Positions 47,649 through 59,103 of a stretch of DNA of 64,000 bases are shown in pieces. Each line of letters begins with the position of its first letter. Within the stretch, counting starts at the first letter, position 1. The translations under genes were made by a program, and so were the position numbers. Source of the DNA: Phyllobates terribilis. Taxonomy: Eukaryota. The notes beneath the pieces are model-generated. The model did not search any database and had not been told where the DNA came from. It saw only the letters and a program-made list of their open reading frames with translations. The stretch is taken from assembly GCF_046119375.1 (NCBI RefSeq), contig NW_027362761.1, positions 1,154,688,001 to 1,154,752,000 on the forward strand, written 5' to 3'.

Positions 47649-48123
47649 ATAGAATCTGTCATCCCCTGGGACGTTTTTATCCTATTACTATGGGCAGATA
47701 GGTGATAGAATGGTTAAAATAGTCCTACCTGTATGCCCATTTCTGCTACTTCAGTAGCAGTGACCTGCCAGCACCTACCCGCGCAGAGGAACAATGAAGC
47801 CAATGCCCATAGAAGGGCAGATAAAGGTACGTATAATCAAGCTATTGCATGGCGCAGGAGCGGGATTCCAGGGCCACTGCAAGGCACTGTGATGCTGATG
47901 GGAGTGGGGGTGATAAGCTAATGAATACCGGAGGCAGAGTTTTCTTGCAGGCACCGCACTCCCCAGAGCCTGGAAGTACTCATTAGCATAAAGAAATAAA
48001 AGACAATTTCTCCACAACAAGACCGCAGATATGGTCATACAGGTAGGACTATTTTAACCATTCTATCACCTGTATGCCCATGTTAATAGGTTAAAAACGT
48101 CCCAGGGGGGTGACAGATTCCTT
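47649..48123. mobile_element. T2/Kolobok-type MITE with long (~110-bp) inverted termini
   Basis: TTAA-atagaatctgtcatcccctgggacgttttt...ctacctgtatg versus catacaggtag...aaaaacgtcccaggggggtgacagattcctt-TTAA. Confidence 0.75.
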
Positions 48124-48506
48124 TTAACGTTTTATTCACACATGAGTATTTTTGATCAGTATTCAATGCCGTACCGGCATCTTTATCAAGTGTAAAAAGC
48201 CAACAGGTGTTGGCATTGAAATGAGTAGTGGATAATAAAGAACATTCTAAGAATATTACAGCACGAGATGTATTTCCAGCAGCGCAATAATTTTTTAAAC
48301 ACGTTGTTTTCCTGCTTTTAATCATTTTCATCTGGTGGATCTTCCTCCGGCCACGGGGCAAGGGTATCTTCACACAACCACCAAAGGTGAGCAAACCTTT
48401 TGTTTTTACTGTCTCCTACATTAGGCAACGTTCACACAATGAGTTTTTGTTGATTTTTTGATACTGCAGAATTTCTGCACCATTTCTGCACCTATTATTT
48501 AAATTA

Positions 48507-49161
48507 CCGTATTTTGCGGATTGTGTCATAAGACGCACCCCAAATTAGGAAAACATTTTTTTTTAAAATAAAACAGTACATTTAATAATTCCTTTTAACG
48601 GTAGCTTACCTGGGGGTCGGCAGCAATGGAGCAGGGTCACAGGAGCCAGGGTCACTGCTTCAGGAGGTTGCTGGCTGCGGGCCCCATCTTCTCAGAAAGG
48701 TCGCTGATTCAGGAGGACTGCGGTAGCAGCTGGAGTGGGGCGATGCTGCAGGCTCCGTCCTCTCAGAAGTCTGCAGTGAGTGGAGGTCCCCTCTCCCGTA
48801 CATATCCCTGCGGTGGGCTTCGGCAAAATGGCCGCCAGAGGCAGCACATGCGCAGATCGAGATCTTGAGAGATCTTGTCTCTTGAGATTTCAATCTGCAC
48901 ATGGCCGCTTATGGCGGCCATTTTTCCGAAGCCCACAGCAGGGATATGTACGGGAGAGGAGACCTTTGCTCACCTCCGACTTCTGAGAGGACGGGGCCTT
49001 CAGCATCGCCCATCTCCAGCCGCCGCTGACCTCCTGAAACTAACCCCGCTCCACCTCTGCAGCCCCCAGGTAAAAATACCTCACCTTCTGATTATAAGAT
49101 GCACTCCCTTTTTCCTCCCAAATTTGGGGAGGGGGTGCGTCTTATAATATGAAAAATAAGG
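48507..49161. mobile_element. Tc2/pogo-like (TcMar) foldback MITE
   Basis: TA-CCGTATTTT...TAAGACGCACC and GGTGCGTCTTA...AAAAATAAGG-TA. A long internal hairpin spans ~48720-49015. Confidence 0.65.
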
Positions 49162-49551
49162 TAGGTTACTAGTGTTTTTTCATTGCGTTTGTGTGTGCAT
49201 TTTTTTAACTTGCATTTTTAAGCGCATTTTTGTAGCTGCATTTTTTTCTCTGTTTGGTGTGTCATGCTTTAAATAAAGCTGCTTTGTTTTTGATACTTTC
49301 TGTTTTTTTGCTTTGGCAAAACTTTATTGACATACTTAGGGGCGGATTGCATGCGTTTTTGATGCTTTTCGGCCGCATGTGCATTTTCTTGCTGCAGATT
49401 TTCCGCACCTAATGCAAGTCTATGGGACAATCTCCACAGAAAACTCAGCTTACCCGCCAGAGAAATGGACATGTTGTGGATTAGAAACACGCACCGCAGG
49501 TCAGTTTACTCTGCGTTAAAAAGAAGCACAGTGGGCAGGAGATTTCTATAA

Positions 49552-49768
49552 GGCCACGGCCCCACTATCAGTATTTGGTCAGTGTTCGGTCAGTATTCTC
49601 TCTCAGGAGTTGGAGCCAAAACCAGGTGAGGATGAACAATCAGAGAAAAGGTATAATAGAAACAAGTCACCAATTCTGCATTTATCACCCACTCCTGGTT
49701 TTGGCTCCCACTCCTGAGAAAAAATACTGACCGAATACTGACCAAATGCTGATAGTGGAGCCATGGCC
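49552..49768. mobile_element. Short Harbinger-like foldback MITE
   Basis: ~75-bp inverted arms ggccacggccccactatcagtatttggtcag... / ...ctgaccaaatgctgatagtggagccatggcc. Confidence 0.65.
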
Positions 49769-49889
49769 AAAATCCCATCCCCTTTGCTAGAACTGTAAGA
49801 TGCTACATTTTTGATGAAGCAAAAATACACAGCGTCAAAAACGCATCAAAAGCTCATCATGGGAATGTAGCCTTAGGATTTTACCCTTT

Positions 49890-51452
49890 GGAAGTGCATT
49901 GAGCTGTAGGTTGGATTGCTGCTAAAGGGAAAAAAAAAAACTCTTTAAATCTTCTTCCTTAGCGAGTGTGATCGAGCTGAGTGTGACCGGAGCGTAAGTG
50001 CAAACGGAAGTCAGTGTGACTTGTTTTACAGTGACTTGGATTCAGGGAGTTTGGAAGGGAGGAATTTGGACTGAATTGCTGTCTGTATTTTATTAATTCT
50101 TTACATATCTTTTTACTTAACATTTCTGTCTAGTGCAATCCCCATTAGGAAATGAGCTCCATTATTGACAATGCTATCCAGTGTACATCTTGCCACATGT
50201 ATGCAATCCTTGAACAGCCGGTGCATACTGCTGTGCGAGATGTGTGCACGTTGTGCATTTGGAAACCCAGGTACTGGATCTAAATGAACAGCCGGCAACA
50301 CTGAAATCCATTGACAATATGGAAAGGAGTCTGCTGCTCACCGAGGAGCTGCTCACTGGGGTAGATGTGGGGGAGGGTCGTAGTAGGGAGCTACAGGACA
50401 GTGAGGCAGCTAGCTGGGTGACAGTTAGAAGGGGGGATAGAGGGAAGAGTGCCAGGGAGGCTAGTCCTGATCTGGCACACCCCAATAAGTTTGCAAAGTT
50501 GGCGGTACAGGTGTAGCACTGCTGCAGCAAGGCATGTCCTCTGAAATCAGAGGAGTGTTTGCTCCAGTAAGGGGGGAAATAGGAGAGCCGGGCAGGCCAG
50601 GCAGGTGATGGTAGTGGGGGACTCAATTATTAAAGGAACAGACAGGGCAATCTGTCACAAAGACAGGGATCGTCGAACAGTGTGCTGCCTACCTGGTGCT
50701 GGAGTCCGACACATCGCTGATCGGGTTGACAAATTACTGGGAGGGTCTGATGAGGACCCAGCGGTCATGGTGCACATTGGCACAAATGACAAAGTTAGAG
50801 GTAGGTGGAAGGTCCTTAAAGATGATTTCAGGGAATTAGGCTGCAAGCTTAAAGCAAGAACCTCCAAGGTGGTATTCTCTGAAATACTGCCTATACCACG
50901 TGCCACGCCAGAAAGGCAATGGGAGATTAGGGAGATAAATAAGTGGTTCAGGAATTGGTGTAGGAAGGAGGGGTTTGGGTTACTGGAGAACTGGGCTGAC
51001 TTCTCAGTTGGCTACAGGTTCTACGCTACGGATGGGCTGCATCTCAATGGGGAGGGTGAAGCTGTGCTGGGGAACAAAATGGCTTAAAGGTTGGAGGAGT
51101 GTTTAAACTAGGGATTGGGGGGAGGGTATTCATTTTATAGGTGGGGAAGATAATGCAGATAGTGACCTGGGCACAAATAAAGAAATTGGGGGTGGGGTTA
51201 GAAAAGTCAATATAGTAAGAAGGAATAGAGGTACAGAGAGATACATACAATGCATGTACACTAATGCCAGAAGACTCACCAACAAAATGGAGGAATTAGA
51301 ATTTTGTTGGAAAATAATTATGACATGGTGGGGATATCTGAGACATGGCTGGACAAGAGCCATGACTGGGCAGTTAATTTACAGGGCTATAGTCTGTTCA
51401 GAAATGACCATACAAACAAGCGAGGGGGGGGTGTGTTTATATGTAAAATCAT
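49890..51452 (+). mobile_element. CR1 LINE, 5' part (5' UTR, degenerate ORF1 zinc finger/esterase, start of ORF2), cut by hAT-C2
   Basis: The 5' UTR matches 57616-57820. IQCTSCHMY, VVGDSIIKG...HIGTND...DGLHLN (SGNH esterase) and YTNARRL...GISETWL (APE endonuclease). Confidence 0.88.
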
Positions 51453-53689
51453 TAGTGATGATCGAGCACTAAAATGCTCGGGTCGAGCAAATTGGAATAC
51501 TCGGGTGCTTGACCCAAGCAACGAGCCCAATGTAAGTCTATGGGAGACTCGAGCATTTTTCAGGCGGCTCCCCCTGGCGGTCTGCAGAGGACCTAAAAAT
51601 TGCCCAAATCGATGGGAACAGTGCTCAAATGACATGGGGACAGCATGGGGAAGACCCCTGGAAACATTTCTGACTCCCAGGTCACTTCTGTCAACAACGT
51701 TGTCAGAGGTATTACGCCACTTTTACGGACTCACAATAAAACATACCAAAATGAAACCAAAATGGATTTTCCTGGGAAATATATTAAGGAACATCCTTTC
51801 CAGGGTAATGACTTGTATATAAGGCAAAATAAATAACCAAAAACAAAAATACTCCTCCACACCTTGGGCTATGTTCACACATAGTGTTTTTGATGCGTTT
51901 TTGCACTTTTGCATTGCTTTCAACCAAGACAAATGCATTCACCAGGAAATTTAATTTTAACATTTTACAACCTTATCTGGCCATGTGGTGTGTGACGCAT
52001 CATCAGACACATGCATACAGTGCTGAAAAGTCATGGGAACAGCATGGCGAAGACCTCTGGAAGCATCTCTGACTCCCAGGTCACTGCCTAAAAGTGTGCC
52101 CATCATAAGTGATCCTTGGCGCATGCGAAGATGCCTCCCGCCATGAACCTGTCGTTGCAGACTTGCAGCAATCAGCATCTACGTCCTTGTCCCACTGCAG
52201 CGTTCAGTTGTCCCTACCCCATTCCTTGGAATGCAAGCGCAAGTATGCAGGTAGCCAGCCACCCACCCACCCACAGGCTGCAATACTATACTGCCAAATT
52301 TTTGACAGGTGCTTGCACTTGAAATGTGGCCTTTTAGGCTCATGGAGGCGGTACGGAGCCAGTCCACAACTTTTTTTGCTGACAGTTGTATTTAGCTCGG
52401 CGAAAGGACTGGCATAGAGGGAAACCCTATCTACTCTGCATGTCATTTCTCACAGGAAGTCTTGTAATGCAGCTTGTTGCAGAAGCAGTGGCAGCTCGTC
52501 CAACATCAACTCGCCCTTGTCGGTGGTGCTTTGACACACACACATCTTTCTTTGCGCATTTAATTTCTTGAATACAGAGTTGGACAATGGCCTGATCTGT
52601 AATGCAGTTTGAGAAATAACATGCATAAGCATGGCCGATCCACATTAAAAAAGTAGCCATAGTGTCCGGGAACCTTCCCGCACACTTTTCTTAGCCAGGG
52701 CTCCTTTTCGGCAGGGTTGGACGGGCCCACCAGAGGACCGGAGACTCTTCCGGCGGGCTCTGGCTTCTCCTTCAGGAGAGTTCATAGTGCCGAGGTGAGG
52801 CCATGATGATGATAGAGGCCACCATCTGCTTAGTTTTCTGTTACTTGGAATGCAAGTGCAAGTATGCAGCCAGCCACCCATTCACCCACCCACAGGCCGC
52901 AATACTAAACTGCCAGATTTCTGGGCAGCTCCATGCACTTGAAATATGGCCTTTTAAACTCATGGAGGCGGAAGCTTTTCACAACCTCATGCCGGCGGCG
53001 GCCGGGTGTTCATACTCGGTCCCCAGCTGCCACTATATTTCCGGGTATCGCCTCTGCCTTCCACAAGCACGGGTCCCACAACATCACCCGTGCCCTCCCC
53101 AGTGCACTTACTGGGAAGGACCGCCTAACAACAAACACGTTGACAGGGGAATGTGGCCAGGGACAGTACGGAGCAAGTCCACAAATTGTTTTGCTGACAG
53201 TTGTATTTAGCTTGGTGAAAGGACTAGCATAGAGGGAAAGGCCAACTAGCCTGTGTGTCATTTTTCAGAGGAAGTCCTGTAAAGCTGCTTTCACTTGAAA
53301 TGTGGCCTTTTAGGCTCGTGGAGGAAGAAGCTTTTCACAACCACATGCCTCATGCCTCGTGTCCATACTAGGTCCCCAACTGTCACTATTTTTCCCAGTG
53401 TTGTCTCCGTCTTCTACAAGTGAGGGTCCCTGAACATTACTGCTGGTACTTTTCTGTGGGAATTTGCTTGCCTCCTACCAACCTGGAATATTTCAAAGCA
53501 AACTATGGTACGACGCCATGGTATGGTACGACCCCCAGTACCAGTAGCAAAGCCATCCCCAATTTCCTTCTCAGGAATTTTATTTGGTAGACTGAGTGGC
53601 TGCCCAAATACATTTTCTCACAAAGGAGCTGAAGATAGAGTGGCAGTAGGTGCAAGTTTCTCCAGCCTGTTAGATATTAGAGGGTGAAC

Positions 53690-53820
53690 GGCAGCACATT
53701 GGATCAGTGGTTAGCGCTGAAGCCTTGCAGCGCTGGGATCCTGGGTTCAAATCCCAGCAAGGACAACATCTGCAAGGACTTTATATGTTCTCCCCGTGTT
53801 TGCATGTGTTTCCTCCTCAG
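53690..53820 (+). mobile_element. tRNA-derived SINE 5' region (V-SINE-like)
   Basis: A-box-like TGGATCAGTGG and B-box GGTTCAAATCC, followed by the typical body ...tatatgttctccccgtgtttgcatgtgtttcctcc. Confidence 0.7.
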
Positions 53821-54899
53821 TAAAAAAGCAGCCATAGAGTGTCCGGGAACCTTCCCACACACTTTTCTTAGCCAGGACTGCTTCTCGGCAGGGTTGGACG
53901 GTCCCACCAGAGAATCCTCTGGTGTGCCTTGGCTTCTACCTCTGGAGAGTTCATGATAGCGCTAACTTTGCAGCTGCTATGGGGCTCTTGAGCGGGGGAG
54001 AAAGGTTAGCCCTCAGAATCAAATTCTCTGGTGGGCACAATGTTTTTCAATCTGAAACAGCTTCTCAGTGGGAGTTGTATTTCACCACAGCCATATTCTT
54101 TAGCTCGGTGAAAGGACTGGTATAGAGGGAAACCGTATCTACCCCGGCTGTCATTTCTCCATCACCAGGTTCCGCCCATTGTCACACACGACCATGCCTG
54201 GCTGTGTGTTCAGCGGTGAGAGCCACAGATCAGGCTGCTGTGTTACAGCATTCAACAACTCTGCAGCGCTGGGCAGTTTGTCAATTAAGCATTAAGCATA
54301 TTATCTGCAGCACAGTCTGTTGCCGCATGGCCAAGGCAGTGCTGCAGTGCTGTCAGCTTGTGATTGATGTGGTCATTTCGGAGATGGAGGAGGAGGTGCA
54401 TGAGCTGAACAAAGTGATTACATTGTTGTTAAATTGGTGACGCTGTTTTTAATACTTAAGAAAGATCCTATTGTTTTGTTTTTTTTACGTTTTTTTTAAG
54501 ACAAATGCATTCACCGGGAAATGTAATTTTAACATTTTACAACCTTATTTGGCAATGTGGTGTGTGACACATCATCAGACACATCCTGTTTTATTTATGA
54601 TGGAGAGGCTCTGAAAGTCATAAAGCCTATTTTTATAGGGACATCAGACGGCCCGTACTATTCTTAAAAGGCCAGCAGTCTGCCCTAGCTATTGTTAGAG
54701 ATCCATCAGCCGGCTATGCTTTGTTGTTCCCATTATTAACAAGTGGGTCTCCTATACTGTTATTGCGTATCCAGTGACTGCAAGGGCTGCCAAAAATTTG
54801 GGCGCAACCCAATACCCCTTTGAAGAGACATAGAGGAGGGTCTCAGTAAAAAAAAATGTTCCCATTATAAAGGAGCGGATCTCCTATAGTGGTAATGCC

Positions 54900-55690
54900 C
54901 ATGCTGTGACTGCAAGGGATGCCAAAATTTGGGAAAAACCCCACTAAGAATTTAAGACACATAAAGCAGGGCACAGTAACAAGGTGCGACATGTTCCCAT
55001 TAGAAAGGAGAGAGTCTGCTATACAGTTATAAGGTATGCAGTGAGTCCAACGGCTGACAATTTTAGGAAAAACCCCACTAAGAATTTAAAGACACATGGA
55101 GCAGGGCCACAGTAACAAAGTACGACATGTTCCCATTGGAAAGGAGAGGGTCTGCTATACAGTTATAGGGTATGCAGTGAGTCCAACTGCTGACTAAATT
55201 TAGGAAAAACCCCACTGAGAAATTAAAGACACATAGAGCAGGGCCACAGTAACAAGTACGACATGTTCCCATTAGAAAGGAGAGGGTCTGCTATACAGTT
55301 ATGGGGTATGCAGTGAGTCCAACGGCTGACCAATTTTAGGAAAAACCCCACTAAGAATTTAAAGACACATAGAGCAGGGCCACAGTAACAAGGTACGACA
55401 TGTTCCCATTAGAAAGGAGAGGGTCTGCTATACAGTTATAGGGTATGCAGTGAGTCCAACGGCTGACCAATTTTAGGAAAAACCCCACTAAGAAATTAAA
55501 GACGCACAGAGCAGGGCCACAGTAACAAGTACGACATGTTCCCATTAGAAAGGAGAGGGTCTGCTATACAGTTATAGGGTATGCAGTGAGTCCAACGGCT
55601 GACCAATTTTAGGAAAAACCCCACTAAGAATTTAAAGACACACAGAGCAGGGCCACAGTAACAACAAATTCCCACTAGAAAGGAGACAGT
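54900..55690. repeat. ~136-bp tandem array (~5.5 copies) inside hAT-C2, 3' of the transposase
   Basis: aaaaaccccactaagaattta recurs about every 136-137 bp. ORFs at 55078 and 55351 are offset by 273. Confidence 0.88.
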
Positions 55691-56115
55691 CTCCCATAGT
55701 GTTGGCTTATGCAGTGAATGCAAGGGCTACCAAAAATTTGGAGGCACTTCAATGCCCCTTGGAAGAGACGTGGAGGAGAGACTCATAAAAAAATGTTCCC
55801 ATTAGAAAGGAGCGGGCCTCCTTTACTTGTAATGATCATGCACTAAGTGTATGGGCTGACAAACATTTACCCCTGGGGGGTATACATGAACATACTGTAT
55901 AAAAAATTGTTTTTACGGGCATCATAAACACCCTTTAAAAAAATTAGGTGGGTGTTGCATCATGGACCACGGTCACCCTGGTGATATGGTGGTGGAGGAT
56001 GAGGAGAAGGAGGAGGGCAAGAGCAAATAGCCAAAATCAGGAAGCTTATACCCATGTGTGGGTGTGAAAAGGTGCATGGGAATACACCTCCCAAGAAAAG
56101 ACACTGGATTGGAGT

Positions 56116-56693
56116 TTATGTTACGCTGCTATCATTCGGTGGTGTTGAGAAGTCTGGCCCAATCCTACCCTTGTTCATTTTTATAAGAGTCAGCCTGTCA
56201 GCATTTTCAGTTGACAGGCAGATGCGCTTATCAGTTACAATTCCACCAGTGGCACTAAAAACCCGCTCTGATAAAACGCTGGTGGCAGGGCAGGCCTGGA
56301 CCTCCAAGGCATAGAGAGCCAGTTCATTCCACGTATCCAGCTTGGATATCCAATAATTATAAGGCACAGCGGAATCACGGAGGACGTTGGTACGGTCGGC
56401 AAGGTACTCCCTCAGCATCTTCCCAAACTTTGCACTCCTTGTGAGAGTACCCCGCGCCTCAGGGCCTGTGCGATGGGAGGGTCTGAGAAAACTCTCCCAG
56501 AACTTGGACAGTGTACCCCTGCCTCTGCTGAATTTAAGTTGTGTCTCTCTCGCCTGTACTCCTTGTCTGCCTCAGGAATAAGAGATATAAACTTCTCCTT
56601 GTAGCGTGTGTCTAGAAGTGTCACCAACCTGTAATGACTGTCACCCAAAATTTTGAGAACACGAGGGTCATGGGAAAGGCAGTGTAACATAAA
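56116..56693 (-). pseudogene. hAT-C transposase C-terminal fragment
   Basis: MLHCLSHDPRV...LLDTRYK, YWISKLDTWNELALYALEVQACPATSVLSERVFS...IKMNK. Confidence 0.85.
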
Positions 56694-57197
56694 TAGAGTT
56701 GAGCCACCCCCGTAGTGTTCGAGTTCGGTTCGGTTCGTCGAACACCCGTATGTCCACCGAACTGTTCGTCTAACTGTTCGTCGAACACCGTTGAACACCG
56801 TTACAACCAATGGCAGGCAAACAAAAACACATAGAAACACATAGAAAACACCTTCAAAGGTGTCCAAAACCTGACAAACTGCTCAGAAGACACAACTAAC
56901 ACATGGAAAAGTGACAAGTACATATAGTCATGAGAAAAGATAAGAGGTGGAGGAGTAAAAGGAGGGGGAGACACAGATATAGGCATGTCATGCCCTTCTA
57001 AAACAAAAAACGTGCGAAGCTGACACGGCCAGTCCGTTCCTGCCCGTGCGACCTCCGTGTCGCCGGGTTTGTGCCAGAGCTGCGGTGGACCCTCACGGCC
57101 AGCCCCCCTCTCCCAATACTGGTGCCTGTCCGCTGGTGGGTCGAGCGAGCCCCCCCTACGGTGGAGGCAGGTCTAAGCTTTTTAATTTAAATTGTCT

Positions 57198-57467
57198 CTG
57201 TAATTTGAATGAGTACACTTTAAATCCTTTTACAAGGATCTATTGGAGGGCAAGTCTGATGCCAGCAGCCGCGGGAATTCCAGCTCCAGTAGCGTCCACT
57301 AAAGCTGCTGCAGTTAAAAAGCTTTTATAAGGATCGAGCTTAGCGGTCCACCGCAAGGCGTCCTACTGCCAGTCCCAGCCCCTGTGCCTTGGGGTGCCTC
57401 CCCGATGCTCTTCACTGAGTGTCCCGGGGGCCCGAAGCATTTCCTTTGAAAAAATTAAGTGTCCAAA
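57198..57467 (+). rRNA. 18S rRNA (fragment): Degenerate, non-functional 18S rRNA fragment carried inside hAT-B2
   Basis: ctgtaatttgaatgagtacactttaaatcc...attggagggcaagtctgatgccagcagccgcgggaattccagctcca...gcagttaaaaagc...gatgctcttcactgagtgtcccgggggcccgaagcattt.ctttgaaaaaatt. Confidence 0.92.
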
Positions 57468-58049
57468 CTACAGGTGGTGTAGTTTGCTTAACAGGTGGGA
57501 TAATCCGCTGACTAGCAGACACTGCTACTAGGTCCAAAGTATTTCCTGGGCTAGATGCAGTTAAAAATTTGTAATTAGATCTACAGGCGGTGGCTACTCC
57601 GCTGACTAGCAGACAGCAGAGTGCATTGAGGTGAAGGGTACATTGCTGGAAAAAAAAAAAAAAAAAACTCTTTAAATCTCTTAGTTTGCGAGTGTGAACG
57701 AGCTGCAAGTGTCCGGAGCGTAAGTGCGAACGAAAGTAAGTGTGTGACTTGTTTTTCAGTGACTTTGGATTCAGGGAGTTTGGAAGGGAGGACTTAGGAC
57801 TGAATTGCTGACTGTATTTCATCTTTCTTTACTTTACTTTTTACTTAATTAATCCACCTGACCTACTTATCTGATTCCCCCGTCCATACTTGATACTTAA
57901 TTGATCCCCCGTCCATACTTTACTGATCCCCCGCCGATATCTAATTGATACACTTGCACATCCCTAATTAATCCCCGTCCATACACCTATATATAAATAA
58001 TTGTGTTTTGTACTTGTATATATATACTGACTGTATCCCCATATTTAGA

Positions 58050-58975
58050 ATGACGTCCATTTTGGCCGGAGCCGTGCAGTGTACATCTTGCGCAATGTAT
58101 GCATTCCGTGAGCAACCGCTCGAGGATCCATACTGCTGCGAGAGATGTGAGCATATCGTGCACTTGGAAGCCCAAATTCTGGATCTAAGTGCTCAGATAG
58201 CGGTACTGAGGAGCATCGACAACATGGAATGGAGTTTGCTGCTCACCGAGCAGACACTCAATGGGTCAATACTGGGGTGGAGCATAGAAGGGAAGTGCAG
58301 GCTGAACAGGCAGGGAGCTGGATAACAGTTAGGAGGGATAGAGGGAAGAAGTATAGGAAGGCTGGTTCAGAACCGGCATTATTGGAGCACGACAGATCCT
58401 CTGACCGCCGGGGGAGTGTATGCTCCAGTAATGAGGGGGAGGGGGGAAGTGTAGGGCAGGCAAGACAGGTTCTGGTAGTGGGTGACTCTATTATTAGGGG
58501 GACAGACAGGGCAATCTGTCACAAAGACCGGGATCGCCGAACGGTGTGCTGCCTCCCTGGCGCTCGAGTCCGGCACATCGCGGATCGGGTTGACAGGTTA
58601 CTGGGTGGGGCTGGCGAAGACCCAGCGGTCATGGTCCACATCGGCACCAATGACAAAGTGAGTGGTAGATGGAGGGTCCTTAAAAATGATTTCAGGGACC
58701 TAGGTAGGAAGCTTAGGGCAAGGACCTCCAAGGTAGTTTTCTCAGAAATACTACCAATCCCGCGAGCCACACAGGAGCGCCAATGGGAAGTTAGGGAGGT
58801 GAATAAGTGGCTAAAGAGTTGGTGCAAGGCAGAAGGATTTGGGTTCATGGAGAACTGGGCCGACTTCGCGGTCGGCTACAGGCTCTACCGTAGGGACGGG
58901 CTGCACCTCAATGGGGAGGGTGCAGCGGTGCTGGGGAAGAAGATGGCTAATAGGTTGGAGGAGTTTTTAAACTAG
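58050..58975 (+). pseudogene. CR1 ORF1 (CxxC-CxxC zinc finger, coiled coil, SGNH esterase) with one frameshift at ~58263
   Basis: MTSILAGAVQCTSC...YCCERC..., then a frame change in a G run, then VVGDSIIRG...HIGTND...DGLHLN. Confidence 0.85.
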
Positions 58976-59103
58976 AGACGGGGGGGGGAAACCAAGGAAA
59001 TAGGTGGGATGTGAGGCAAGCAAGGGGGAAGGGGAGAAGTGAATATAATGAGGGTGGAGAGGGGGGTGGGGATAGTACAGTTAGATCGTTAGAGAAGAAT
59101 AGG

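Larger units (their letters stand above)
48424..49872. mobile_element. Harbinger-type MITE containing nested MITEs
   Basis: TTA-GGCAACGTTCACAC ... CATGGGAATGTAGCC-TTA with degenerate TIRs. Confidence 0.5.
51453..56693 (-). mobile_element. hAT-C copy 2, rearranged, interrupted by hAT-B2
   Basis: Begins TAGTGATGATCGAGC with CTCGA motifs. Collinear with 35788-36400, and includes transposase remnants. Confidence 0.75.

Noticed and set aside
56412-56867. 151-aa ORF (and the similar 6704-6997 ORF)
   Set aside because: Starts in hAT-B terminal DNA and runs across the insertion junction into the host transposase remnant.
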